DNA of 64,000 nucleotides, from assembly GCA_030390025.1 (NCBI GenBank), contig CM059440.1, forward strand, positions 67,146,001-67,210,000, in the 5' to 3' direction. The position numbers and the translations under genes were made by a program. Position 1 is the first letter of the stretch; every line of letters begins with the position of its first letter. The stretch comes from Squalus acanthias (taxonomy: Eukaryota). Below the pieces are notes generated by a model. That model saw nothing but the letters and a program-made list of their open reading frames with translations, searched no databases and was not told the DNA's origin. Below, piece after piece: positions 39,341-51,418 of this stretch.

Positions 39341-41899
39341 CTCACTCACCCTGAACTCACCACAACTCCCTTGCTTTCACCATAGCCACACAATGTCAAT
39401 TACCAACAAGGCCATCTACTTTTACTTGCAAATGGCCTTTACTTGTCTCACTGCCCTCAGCCACAATACTTTGTGGTTTCTCCCCTATATTCATCAACCC
39501 ACTTAACTACCTTTCTGTGGTGAGCTGTTTGCTGGCCTTGTCAATTGCTCCTTTCCTGAGGCATTGCTTCCTCCCCCTCTTCAGCTATTGCTCCATCTCT
39601 GACCTCCCCTTTCTCTCTAAGCTCATCAACTGTGTCATTGCCACCATCTCCATGCTCACTTCTTCTTAACACTCCATCTTTCCTTCCCTTCAGTTTGTAT
39701 TCCGTCCCAACACAGGATGGAGACCACACTGGTCAAAATCACCAACATTATCTTTCCTTGACCTCGCCACAGTTTTCAACACAGTTGATCACACCGTATT
39801 TCTCTACCACCTCCTCTCCATGGACAATGTCTGTGACATTTCCTTTACATAGTTCTATTCCAACCTATCCCGACAGAGGCAGCAGATCTCTTGCAATGCT
39901 TCTCCCTCTGCTCCACCATCAGTTGCAAAGCCCTCAGTCATCACATCGCTGCAGTCTTCCTAAACCCCTCACATTAATACTTTGGCCCCAAACAGAAGGG
40001 AGTCGCACAGGGAGTAGAAGGAAAGATGAAATTTGAGATGAGTGGTGCTAACACTTCATAATGATACACATGTAGGTAAATTTACCAAAAGCACAAAGAA
40101 CAGCAGAGATTTTTCTTGTACATTCCTGAATATTATCAGATTCCCTCTCTTTCCCCTTTACAATAGAGTGGGTGAAACTCAGTTCCCTGCTGTGACTCAT
40201 GTTGTCTGATGTAATGATACTTATCTAGTGCAAAGGTTGTAAATAAATAGTCAGAGAACTTGTTCAAACTAGCTCCTAGCCACAGAACCCTGGCAATGTT
40301 CTTAGGAAGTAGAATTAAAGAACTATGAGAATGGAAAGCAGGTTAGAGAATGTGTTGTAACTAGTGGCACATTCTTCTTTTAACTTGGATTCTGGGTGCC
40401 TGCTGTCTGTGAGTGTTTTATTCTGTTAAATCTGTTTTCTGTAACCTGAATCAGATGGTTCCCACCAGCATAAACATCAGGACACAGCCCCCAGACAGCA
40501 AGCTCCCTGAATCCAAAATAAAACAAAAATACACTAAAAATGTAAGCCAGGAATATCCTCTGGGCCGTGGATCATCAAATATGCGCTGCGGGATTCCCTG
40601 CGCCAAGAGTGGATCCGCCATCAGCCCCAAGGGAAATGCTTTCTTCTTCCATAAGGGCCCCTCAGGGCCATTACCACCACTTACCAGGCTTACCATCGTT
40701 CCCCCACAGCCTGCCCTGGGAACCAGCGGTAACTAGGCCGATGCAAGGAAACTCCTGCGGTGCGAGCAGGGAGTGGGGAGGTGCGATGCCAGTTGGGCGG
40801 TGAGACAGTTCTCATCATTCCGTGCTGCAACGAACAGGACAAAAGCAAAGGGGAATCCCAGCCGTAATTTCTCTGGCTCTGGGAGGCCATGATGTCTCTG
40901 GCAGGAATATAAACAATGCATCTGGAGTCAGAGGTCGGTGTGCTTTCTGGCCATGCATATGCAGTTGTATTTCTGTTGTTCTTGCGCTGCAGAATTAAAG
41001 CAGAATGTCTACATAAATTCCAGTGAAAACCACCTCTTTAGCTAAGATTTGGCAGCTCTGGAGGCACCATCCTGCTCAGTTTACCACACTGCTCTTCAAA
41101 TTGGGGTGGCCATGGGCATCAACATTAGAATCATATAGAATCATGGAATAGTACAACACAGAAGGAGGCCATTTGGCCCACTGAATCTGCGCCAGCTCTT
41201 TCGAAGAGCTATCCAGTTAGTCCCACTCCTCCGTTCTTTTCCCATATCCCTGCAATTTTTTCTCCTTCAAGTATTTATCCAATTTCCTTTTGAAAGCTAC
41301 TATTGAATCTGTATCCACCACCCTATCAGTTAGTGCAATCCAAATCCTAACCACTCCTTGAGTAAAATTTTTTTTTTATGTCGCCTCTGGTTCTTTTGCC
41401 AATCATCTTAAATCTGTGCCCATTGGTTATCGCTTCTTTAGCCAGTTTGGGGGCGATTTTTGCTGAATACTTTAGGCGCCCTCTCCTAACAGCGACCAGC
41501 TATTTGGGAGTAAACACGCCGTTGATGTGGATTTCAAGCACTACTGAAAGGATACTCACCACTTAAAGAGATACTCACCATTTCATGATCATTGCTGCTG
41601 GAGCTGTGAAGAGGACCTCTGAAACACATCAGGAGACTTTCTGGGACACTTTGTCAAGACTGCACCAACACTCGAGCAACATTTATTCCAGAAATTCTCT
41701 GAGGACTTCACCTAAAATGAGCGAGTGCTGTGCTGCTCTACCTTATTGGACAGCTTATATGAGTCACCAGGAGAAAGGGACTTCTTGGTCATGGGCATCT
41801 TGCTAGGGGTCCCCTTGGTCTGGACGAGGAACGGGAGGAAGACATGAGACCAGGCAGAGCAGCACCAGCTGCTGCAGGAGAGAGGGCGAGGAGGGCGAG

Positions 41900-42025
41900 G
41901 TGGCGTCCTTCCCCCCCCACCGCTGGATTAGGACATCCCTCCTCCTCTGGACCTCCTCCACCAGGACCGCCAGTGCCGCATCCGAGAACCTGTACGCCCT
42001 CTCCCTCGGTCCCTGAGCCAACCTG
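41900..42025 (-). pseudogene. Harbinger Myb/SANT-like fragment
   Basis: PRERAYRFSDAALAVLVEEVQRRRDVL. Confidence 0.6.
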
Positions 42026-42371
42026 CAACCTACCACTGTGTGCCAGCCAAAGCACTTCACACCTTCAGCGGAAGTAGTTGCGAGAAGCCCACAGCTATTG
42101 CTCCAAGAAAATTGCATCTAATCCGCACTTGAGTGCTAAACCTGCAGGTTTCTGGTTAGAGTCTGCAGGCACGTTCAAGTCATAATAATCAACAATTAGC
42201 CCAAAAATTGCATTCTAAATCCAAACTTTCAAACAGGCGTTTCTTATTAGCACAGCACCCATTTAGCGCCTGTTTTCACCCACTTTCTCTATATTTACTC
42301 GATCTAAACCCTTCATGATTTTAACACTTCTATCAAATCTCCTCTTAGCCTTCCCTGCTCTAAGTGCAGGC

Positions 42372-44331
42372 AGTGACATCAGTAGTAGGGAAAATGCTAG
42401 AATCTATTATTAAGGACGTGGTAACAGGGCACTTAGAAAATAATAATAGGATTGGGCAGAGTCAACAGGGATTTATGAAAGGGAAATCATGTTTGAAAAA
42501 TCTGTTAGAGTTTTTTGAGGTTGTAACTAGCAGAATAGATAAGGGAGAACCAGTGGATGTGGTGTATTTGGATTTTCAGAAGGCCTTTGATAAAGTCCCA
42601 AAGAAGAGGTTAGTGTGCAAAATTAAAGCACATGGGATTGGGGTAATATACTGGCATGGATTGAAAATTGGTTAACAGACAGGAAACAGAGAGTAGGAAT
42701 AAATGGGTCTTTTTCGGGGTGGCAGGCGGTGACTAGTGGGGTACCGCAGGGATCAGTGCTTGGGCCCCAGCTATTCACAATATATATCAATGACTTGGAT
42801 CAGGGAACCAAATGTAATATTTCCAAGTTTGCTGACGACACGAAACTAGGTGCAAAGCGCCTTCAAGGCGATTTAGACAAGTTGAGTGAGTGGGCAAATA
42901 CTTGGCAGATGCAGTATAACGTGGATAACTGTGATGTTATCCACTTCAGTAGAAAAAACAGAAAGGCAGAGTATTATTTAAATGGTGATAGATTGGGAAA
43001 TGTTAATGTACAAAGGGACCTGGGTGTCCTTGTACACCAGTCACTGAAAGCAAACATGCAGGTGCAGCAAGCAGTTAGGAAGGCAAATGGTATGTTGGCC
43101 TTCATTGCAAGAGGATTTGAGTACAGGAGCAAGGATGTCTTACTACAGTTATACAGGGCCTTGGTGAGACCACACCTGGAGTACTGTGTGCAGTTTTGGT
43201 CTCCTTACCTAAGAAAGGATATACTTGCCATAGAGGGAGTGCAGCGAAGGTTCACCAGACTGATTCCTGGGATGGCAGGACTGTTGTATGAGGAGAGATT
43301 GGGTCGACTAGGCCTGTATTCACTAGAGTTTAGAAGAATGAGAGGGGATCTCATTGAAACGTATAAAATTCTGACAGGGCTAGACAGACTGGATGCAGGG
43401 AGGATGTTTCTCCTGGCTGGGGGGTCTAGAACGAGGGGTCACAGTCTCAGGATACGGGGTAGGACAGTTAGGACTGAAATGAGGAGAAATTTCTTCACTC
43501 AGAGGGTGGTGAACCTGTGGAAATCTCTACCACAGAAGGCTGTGGAGGCCAAGTCACTGAATATATTTAAGAAGGAGATAGATAGATTTCTAGACACAAA
43601 AGGCATGGGGAGAGGGAATGGGGAGAAAGCGGGAATATGGTATTGAGATAGAGGATCAGCCATGATCATATTGCATGTTGCAGGCTCGAAGGGCCGAATG
43701 GCCTACACCTGCTCCTATTTTTTTATGTTTCTGTAATGTGGAGAAATGTGAAGTTATCCACTTTGGTAGAAAAAATAGAAAAGCAGAGTATTTTTTAAAT
43801 GGTGAGAGATTGGGAAATGTTGGTGTTCAGAGGGATCTGGGTGTCCTTGTGCACGAATCACTGAAAATTAACATGCAGGCACAGCAAGCAATTAGGAAAG
43901 CAAATTTGCTCTGTTTCCTGTATGTTGGCCTTTATTACAAGAGGATTTGAGCATAAGAGTAAAGACGTCTTACTGCAATTATATAGGGCCCTGGTGAGAC
44001 CACACCTGGAGTATTGTGTACAGTTTTGGTCTCCTTACCTAAGGAAGGATATACTTGCCATTGAGGGAGTGCAACGAAGGTTCACCAGACTGGTTCCTGG
44101 GATGGAGGGATTGTCTTATGAAGACAGATTGAGTAGACTCAGCCTATATTCTCTAGAGTTTAGAAGAATGAGAGGTGATCTCATTGAAACATACAAAATT
44201 GGGCTTACTGGGCTTGACAGGGTAGATGCAGGGAGGATGTTTCCCCTGGCTGGGGAGTCTAGAACCAGGGGTCACAGTCTCAGAATAAGGGGTCGGCCAT
44301 TTAGGACTGAGATGAGGAGCAATTTCTTCAC
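42372..44331 (+). mobile_element. Two head-to-tail CR1 RT fragments (42372-43733; 43734-44331)
   Basis: ORFs 42364..42675, 42729..43646 and 43922..44371 carry CR1 RT motifs; the second fragment restarts at NVEKCEVIHFG. Confidence 0.92.
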
Positions 44332-44335
44332 TAAT

Positions 44336-46576
44336 GGGAACGGTAGCATAGTGATAATGTTACTGGGCTAGTAATCCAGAGGCCTGGACTAATGATCCAC
44401 GGCAGCTGGGGAATTTAAATTAAGTTAATTAAATAAATCTGGAATAAAAAGCTAACGTAAAACGTTATCGTAAAAACCCATCTGGTTCACTAATGTCCTT
44501 TTGGGAAGGAAATCTTCCGTCCTTACCTGGTCTGGCCTATATGTGACTCCAGACCCACAGCAATGTGGTTGACTCTTAACTGCCCTCTGAAATGGCCTAG
44601 CAAGACACTCAGTTGTAACAAACCGCTACGAAACACAATAATAAGAATAAAATCACACAGACCACCCGGCATCGAACTTGGCACCGGCTACGGACACGGC
44701 AACAGCACACCCAGCCCAGTCGACCCTGCAAAGTCCTCCTCACCAACATCTGGGAATTTGTGCCAAAATTGGGAGAGCTGTCCGACAGACTAGTCAAGCA
44801 ACAGCCTGACATAGTCATATGTCATAGTTCAACTCCTCCATCACCATCCCTGGGTATGTCCTGTCCCACCGGCGGCACAGTGGTATACAGTCGGGAAGGA
44901 GTGGCCCTGGGAGTCCTCAACATTGACTCTGGACCCCATGAAGTCTCATGGCTTCAGGTCAAGCATGGGCAAGGAAACCTCCTGCTGATTACCACCTACC
45001 GCCCTCCCTCAGCTGATGAATCAGTACTCCTCCATGTAGAACACCACTTGGAAGAAGCACTGGGGGACTTCAATGTCCATCACCAAGAGTGACTCGGTAG
45101 CACCACTACTGACCGAGCTAACCGGCCTGCGACAGGTGGTGAGAGAACCAACATGTCCGCACCAATTTACCTGTCGCAGATGCATCTGTCCATGATAGTA
45201 TTGGTAGCAGTTAGCACCGCACAGTCATTGTAGAGACGAAGTCCCGCCTTCACACTGAGGACACCCTCCATCGTGTTGTGTGGCACTACCACCGTGCTAA
45301 ATGGGATAGATTCAGAACAGATCTAGCAGCTCAAATCTGGGCATCCATGAGGCACTGTGGGCTGTCAGCAGCAGCAGAATTATATTCCACCACAATCTGT
45401 AACCTCATGGCCCGGCATATCCCTCACTCTACCATTACCAGCAAGTCAGGGACCAACCCTGGTTCAATAAGGAGTGTAGAAGAGCATGCTAGGAGCAGCA
45501 CCAAGCGTACCTAAAAATGAGGTGCCAACCTGGGGAAGCTGCAACACAGGCATGCTAAAAAGCAGAAGCAGCATGCTATAGACAGCGCTAAGCGATCCCA
45601 CAATCAACAGATCAGTTCAAAGCTCTGCCATCCTGCCACATCCAGTCGTGAATGGTGGTGGACCATTAAACAACTAACGGGAGGAGGAGGCTCCATGAAC
45701 ATCCCCATCCTCAATGATGGTGGAGCCCAGCACGTGAGTGCAAAAGACAAGGCTGAAGCATTTGCAACCATCTTCAGCCAGAAGTGCCGAGTGGATGATC
45801 ATATCAGCCTCCTCCTGAGGTCCCCACCATCACAGAAGCCAGTCTTCAGCCAATTCAATTCACTCCACGTGATATCAAGAAACGGCTGAGCGCACTGGAT
45901 ACAGCAAAAGCTATGGGCCCTGACAACATCCCGTCTGTCGTGCTGAAGACTTTTGCTCCAGAACTAGCCGCGCCTCTAGCCAAGCTGTTCCAGTACAGCT
46001 ACAACACTGGCATCTATGCGACAATTTGGAAAACTGCCCAGGTAATGTCCTGCCCACAAAAAGCAGGACAAATCAATCGGGCCAATTACCGCCCCATCAG
46101 TCTACTCTCAATCATCAGCAAAGTGATGGAAGGTGTCATCAACAGTGCTATCAAGCAGCACTTACTCACCAATAACCTGCTCGCTGATGCCCAGTTTGGG
46201 TTCCGCCATGACCACTCGGCTCCCGACCTCATTACAGCCTTGGTCCAAACATGGACAAACGAGCTGAATTCCAGAGGTGAGGTGAGAGTGACTGCCCTTG
46301 ACATCAAGGCAGCATTTAACCGAGTGCAGCATCAAGGAGCCCTAGTCAAACTGATGTCAATGGGAATTGGGGGGAAAACTCTCCATTGGCTGGAGTCATA
46401 CCTAGCACAAAGGAAGATGGTTATGGTGGTTGGAAGTCAATCATCACAGCCCCAGGACATCGCTGCAGGAGTTCCTCAGGGCAGTGTCCTTGGCCCAACC
46501 ATCTTCAGCTGCTTCATCAATGACCTTCCCTCCAACATTAGGTCAGAAATTGGGATGTTCGCTGATGACTGCACAG
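44336..46576 (+). mobile_element. CR1/L2-group LINE, 5' part (SINE-like head, APE, RT up to MFADDCT), frameshifted
   Basis: APE motifs (QQPDIV, TTYRPPS, LGDFNVHH); RT (MGPDNIP, NYRPISLLS, QFGFR, LDIKAAF, GVPQGSVLGP, FADD); ends abruptly at the duplication boundary. Confidence 0.88.
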
Positions 46577-49500
46577 GTTACAGCACTTCAAGTGCATATC
46601 CAAGTACTTTTTAAATGAGATGATGGTCTCTGCCTCTACCACCCTTTCAGGCAGTGAGTTCCAGACCCCCACCACCCTCTGGGTGAAAAAATTTCTCCTC
46701 AAATCCCCTCTAAACCTCTGACCAATTACTTTAAATCTATGCCCCTGGTTATCGACCCCTCTGCTAAGGGAAATAGGTCCTTCCTATCCACTCTATCTAG
46801 GCCCCTCATAATTTTATACACCTCAATTAGGTCTCACCTCAGCCTCCTCTGTTCCAAAGAAAACAACCCCAGCCTATCCAATCTTTCCTCATAGCTAAAA
46901 TTCCCCAGCCCAGGCAACATCCTCATAAATCTCCTTTGCACCCTCTCTAGTGCAATCACATCCTTCCTGTAATGTGGTGACCAGAACTGCATGTAGTATT
47001 CTAGCTGTAGCCTAACTAGTGTTTTATACAGTTCAAGCATAACCTCCCTGCTCTTATATTCTACGCCTCGGCTAATAAAGGCAAGTTTTCCGTATGCCTT
47101 CTTAACTACCTTATCAACCTGTCCTGCTACCTTCAGGGATCTGTTGACATGCACTCCAAGGTCCCTCTGATCCTCTGCACTTCTCAGTGTCCAACCACTT
47201 ATAGTGTATTCCCTTGCCTTGTTAGCCCTCACCAAATGCATTACCTCACACTTCTCCAGATTGAATTCCATTTGCCACTGTTCTGCCCACCTGACCAGTC
47301 CATTGATATCTTCCTGCAATCTACAGCTTTCTTCTTCATTATCAACCACATGGCCAATTTTTGTATCATCTGCAAATTTCTTAATCATACTTCCTACATT
47401 CAAGTCCAAATCATTGATATATACCACAAAAAGCAAAGGACCCAGTACTGAGCCCTGTCTTCCAGCCACAAAAACACCCTTCGACCATTACCCTTTGTTT
47501 CCTGCCTCTGAGCCAATTTCGGATCCAATTTGCCACTTTGCCTTGGATCCCATGGGCTTTTACTTTCGTGACCAGTCTGCCATGCGGGACGTTATCAAAA
47601 GCCTTGCTAAAATCCATATAGACTACATTAAACGCACTACCCTCATCGACCATCCTCGTTACCTCCTCGTTACCTCCTCAAAAAATTCAATCAAGTTAGT
47701 CAGACACGACCTTCCCTTAACAAATCCATGCTGACTGTCCCTGATTAATCCGTGTCTTTCTAAATGAAGATTTATCCTGTCCCTCAGAATTTTTTCCAAC
47801 AATTTTCCCACCACCGAGGTTAGGCTGACTGGCCTGTAATTACTCGGTCTATCCCTTTCTCCCTTTTTAAACAACGGTACCACATCAGCAGTACTCAAGT
47901 CCTCCGGCACCATACCTGTAGCCAGAAAGGATTGGAAAATGATGGACAGAGCTTCTGTTATTTCCTCTCTTACTTCTCTTAATAGTCTGGGATACATTTC
48001 ATCCGGGCCTGGGGATTTATCCACTTTCAAAGTTGCTAAACCCCTTAATACTTCCTCTTTCACTATGCTTATTTCATCTAATATTTCACACTCCTCCTCT
48101 CTGATTGCAATTTCTGCATCGTCCCTCTCTTTTGTGAAGACAGACGCAAAATTTGCATTAAGAACCATACCCATGTCTTCCGCCTCCACACACAGATTAC
48201 CTTTATGGTCCCTAATAGGCCCTACTCTTACTTTAGTTATCCTCTTGCTCTTAATGTATTTATGAAACATCTTTGGGTTTTCCTTGATTTTACTTGCCAA
48301 TATCTTTCATGCCCTCTCTTTGCTTTCCTAATTTCCTTTTTAATTTCACCCCTGCACTTTCTATACTCCTCTAGGGTTTCTGCAGTATTGAGCCCTCAGT
48401 ATCTGTCATAAGCTTCCCTTTTTTTCTTTATCCCTCCCTGTATGCCCCTTGACATCCAGGGAGTTCTAGATTTGTTAGTCCCACCCTTTTTCTTTAAGGG
48501 AACAAACTTGCTCTGAACCCCCACTATCTCCTCCTTGAATGCCTCCCACTGCTCTGACACTGATTTACCTTCAAGTTTCTGTCTCCAGTCCACTTTGGCT
48601 AAATCACATCTCAGCTTAGTAAAATTAGCTTTTCCCCAATTGAGAACTTTTATTCCTGGACTATCCTTGTCCTTTTCCATAACTACGCTAAATCTAACTG
48701 AATTATGATCACTACCACCAATATGCTCTCCCACTGATACCCTTTCCACCTGCCCAGCTTCATTCCCTAAAACTAGGTCCAGAACCGTCCCCTCTCTTGT
48801 TGGGCTTGCTACGTAGTGGCTCGAAAAAGTTCTCCTGAATGCATTTTAAGAATTCTGCTCCCTCTATACCTTTTCACACTAATTTTATCCCAGTTAATAT
48901 TAGGGAAGTTGAAATCCCCACTATTACTGCCCTATTTTTGCACGTCTCAGAAATTTGCCTACATATTTACTCTTCTATCCCCCTCTGACTGTTTGGGGGT
49001 CTATAGTACACTAGCAGTGTGATTGCCCCTTTTTTGCTTTTCAGTTCAACCCATATGGGCTCGTTGGATGATCCTTCTATGATGTCATCCCTCCTCACAG
49101 CTGTAATTGATTCTTTAATCAATATTGCGACCCTCCCTCCTTTTTAATCCCCCTCTCTATCTTGTCTGAAAACCCTGTTACCAGGAATGTTGAGCTGCCA
49201 TTCCTGCCCTTCTTTCAGCCATATCTCAGTAATAGTTATGTTGGCCCAAAAATTCGGCCGTTCTCGGGTGAGTACGGACTGTGTACTCACCCGTATTCAT
49301 TCCCGAAGTGCCGGTTTCCTGCATGCACTGTGCATGCGCGGGAAACCGGCACTTCCGGTATGGCGAAGGGGGCGGTTCCTAGGTGAACCACGTGCGCACT
49401 AGAGGCTGTGCGCACGCAGCACACTTAGGTTTTTTTTCAGGTTTCAACGCGAGGGTAAGTATTGAAGATTCTACGCTAGTAAAAAGGAGGCGTAAGACCC

Positions 49501-50060
49501 CTTTTGACCAAGGTAAGTAGTTAATTAAGTATAATTTAAAAAAAATTTCAACAGGTTTATCTTTTTTAGAGACTTTAAAGAAAGGTAAGTTTATTTTTAT
49601 AACTTTTAAAAAGTATTTTAATTTTTTCAAAAATTTAAATTTTTGTTTAAAGTGGTTAATTTATTTAACTATAGTTATTTTATTAATGTGATGGTTTTAA
49701 AAAAATTTATTTGAGGTTTAGCTGTTCTTTTGGGGCCGATTTCAATTCGCAGATTTGACAGGTCTATGAATGAAAGATGGTCTGCTGCCATTGGCTCTCC
49801 ATGGCCCACGTGATCCCAGGGGTCGCATCGCACTAACTGCGCCCCTGAAACACGCAAGCACTGCGCGCCGGCTCTTGGGAGAGGCCCAGGACCCGAAGTT
49901 CCTGTGGGCCCAAAACACAACGGCAGGCGCGGTGGGTAAGAGCGCGCGCGATCCTTACCCCCGCGGCAAGCCAGCCACCCGAATTTCTAGGCCAACATCA
50001 TACTCCCAGGTGTCTATCTGCGCCCTCAGCTCATCTGCTTTATTCCTTACACTCCTTGCT
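46577..50060 (-). mobile_element. CR1 ORF2 remnant (duplicated copy 1; lacks the 3' tail)
   Basis: SDHN, KSPGPDEMYPR, MDFSKAFDNVPH, KFADD motifs across several frames. Confidence 0.93.
49243..49993. mobile_element. Hairpin-rich MITE inserted in CR1 (second copy at 60104-60854)
   Basis: Imperfect TIR ggcccaaaaattcgg / ccgaatttctaggcc; GC-rich arms around an AT-rich core; CR1 resumes on both sides. Confidence 0.8.
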
Positions 50061-50559
50061 GGTCTTGCCATGAACGAATAAAAAAATATATAGTGCCTTT
50101 CAGACCCTCAGGACATCTCAAAGAGCTTCACAATTAAATACTTTTGAAGTGTAGTCACTGTTATAATGGAGGCAATTTCAGCAGTCAGTCTGCATGAAAC
50201 AAAGTCTCACAAACAGCAGTGGGAAAAATGACCAAATCATTTTTTTCTTGTGGTGTTAGTTGTGAGAGAAATATTGGCCAGGAAACCAGGAGAACTCCCC
50301 TGCTCCTTTTTGAAATGCGTGAAATCGGAAACAAAAGCACACAATTTTAGAAACTCTCATTAGATCAGTCAGAATCCGTGGGAAGAACAGATACTTGGTC
50401 AGAGGTAATGTTCTTTGTTTTGATTTCATTCCTTTATGTCTTCCAAACTTTTTGTTCGCTGTAAATTCGACGACATTGCTTTTGCTTTACGAGTTAACTT
50501 TGCTGTGGTTTCCGTTGTCAGGAAAGAACACAGCCAGCCTACTGTCAACAGTGCCTGCG

Positions 50560-50930
50560 TCAGAGACAAGACATAAATACAAGCGGAATCCAGATTCCAG
50601 CGGCTCACTCGGCTTTGGCGTTTCACGCAGGGAGGTGCTGCGGTTCCGAGGCCGGCGAGAGTGAAGGTGAGCAGATACCCCATTCTCCGGCCTTGTTGTG
50701 TCCCCCTGTCTCACGTTGCCTTCACGGGAAAGAATTGAGACGTGGCAGACTGGGAGCGGCCGCTTGTTGTGAGTATCCCGCTGCCCCGGAGGCGGCCACA
50801 GAAGTTTGGAAAGTTGCAGCGACATCCCGGGGCTCTGCGAGCGCCGTCAGCGATCTCTCCAGTCCCCAGTGGGCAGGGGCTGAATGGGCAATTGCCGCTG
50901 AGTGAAGCCGCCTCTTTCCCCACCGTCACA
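50560..50930 (+). promoter_or_regulatory. CpG-rich promoter / non-coding first exon of B7-like copy 1 (candidate donor AAG|gtgagc after 50666)
   Basis: Local GC/CpG enrichment not matching the window's repeats, upstream of the signal exon; that exon has an acceptor and needs an upstream exon. Confidence 0.5.
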
Positions 50931-51334
50931 TTTACTTTCTGCCATCAGGTAGAAGCGACTGGGATGGGAGTTATTTTGATAACGTAAATAAACTGGTATT
51001 TTCGTTATTGAAATTGCTCGATTAACAAATCAAACATCTGCAAGTGTGATCATCTGTTGCTGTACTGTAAATGTAAAACAACTCTGTATTAAAGGAGCCA
51101 GCCTGCCCTGATCCCTCCACAATAACCTGTTGGAAGTTTGCGTTCTGGGCATCAAGTGAGGACAGTCTCAGACTAGGCTGTGGAGCCTCCCATCGTCGAA
51201 TAGTCTGCCAACATTCACTCTCTGGGCTCACACATGTAGAATGACCACTTGAGCAAATTCCTGCTTATTAATGTATATTAATCCATTTAATAATGACCAT
51301 GTTTATTCACATATCTTGTATTTCTTTCTTTAAG

Positions 51335-51418
51335 GAATTTACCAGCTAAGAGAAACAGCAATGAGATTGAATTCTCCGTTCCAAATTCTTGTTCTGTGGG
51401 GACAATTCGTAGTTGGTC
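51335..51418 (+). CDS. B7-like copy 1, signal-peptide exon (ATG at 51361)
   Basis: Acceptor tttctttctttaag|, ATG at 51361, 19 codons + 1 nt, perfect donor C|gtaagt; phase matches the IgV exon. Not in the ORF track. Confidence 0.8.

Noticed and set aside
40413-40921. Cluster of GC-rich short ORFs
   Set aside because: No recognisable domain or splice structure; probably an old DNA-transposon remnant.
50426-50825. Divergent minus-strand gene from the CpG-rich promoter
   Set aside because: ORFs are broken differently by 1-bp indels in the two copies and run into a degraded Penelope-type repeat at ~50325-50400.
50964-50987. ATG GGA GTT ATT TTG ATA AC|gtaaat as a first coding exon
   Set aside because: Only 7 codons and phase 2; incompatible with the phase-1 IgV exon.
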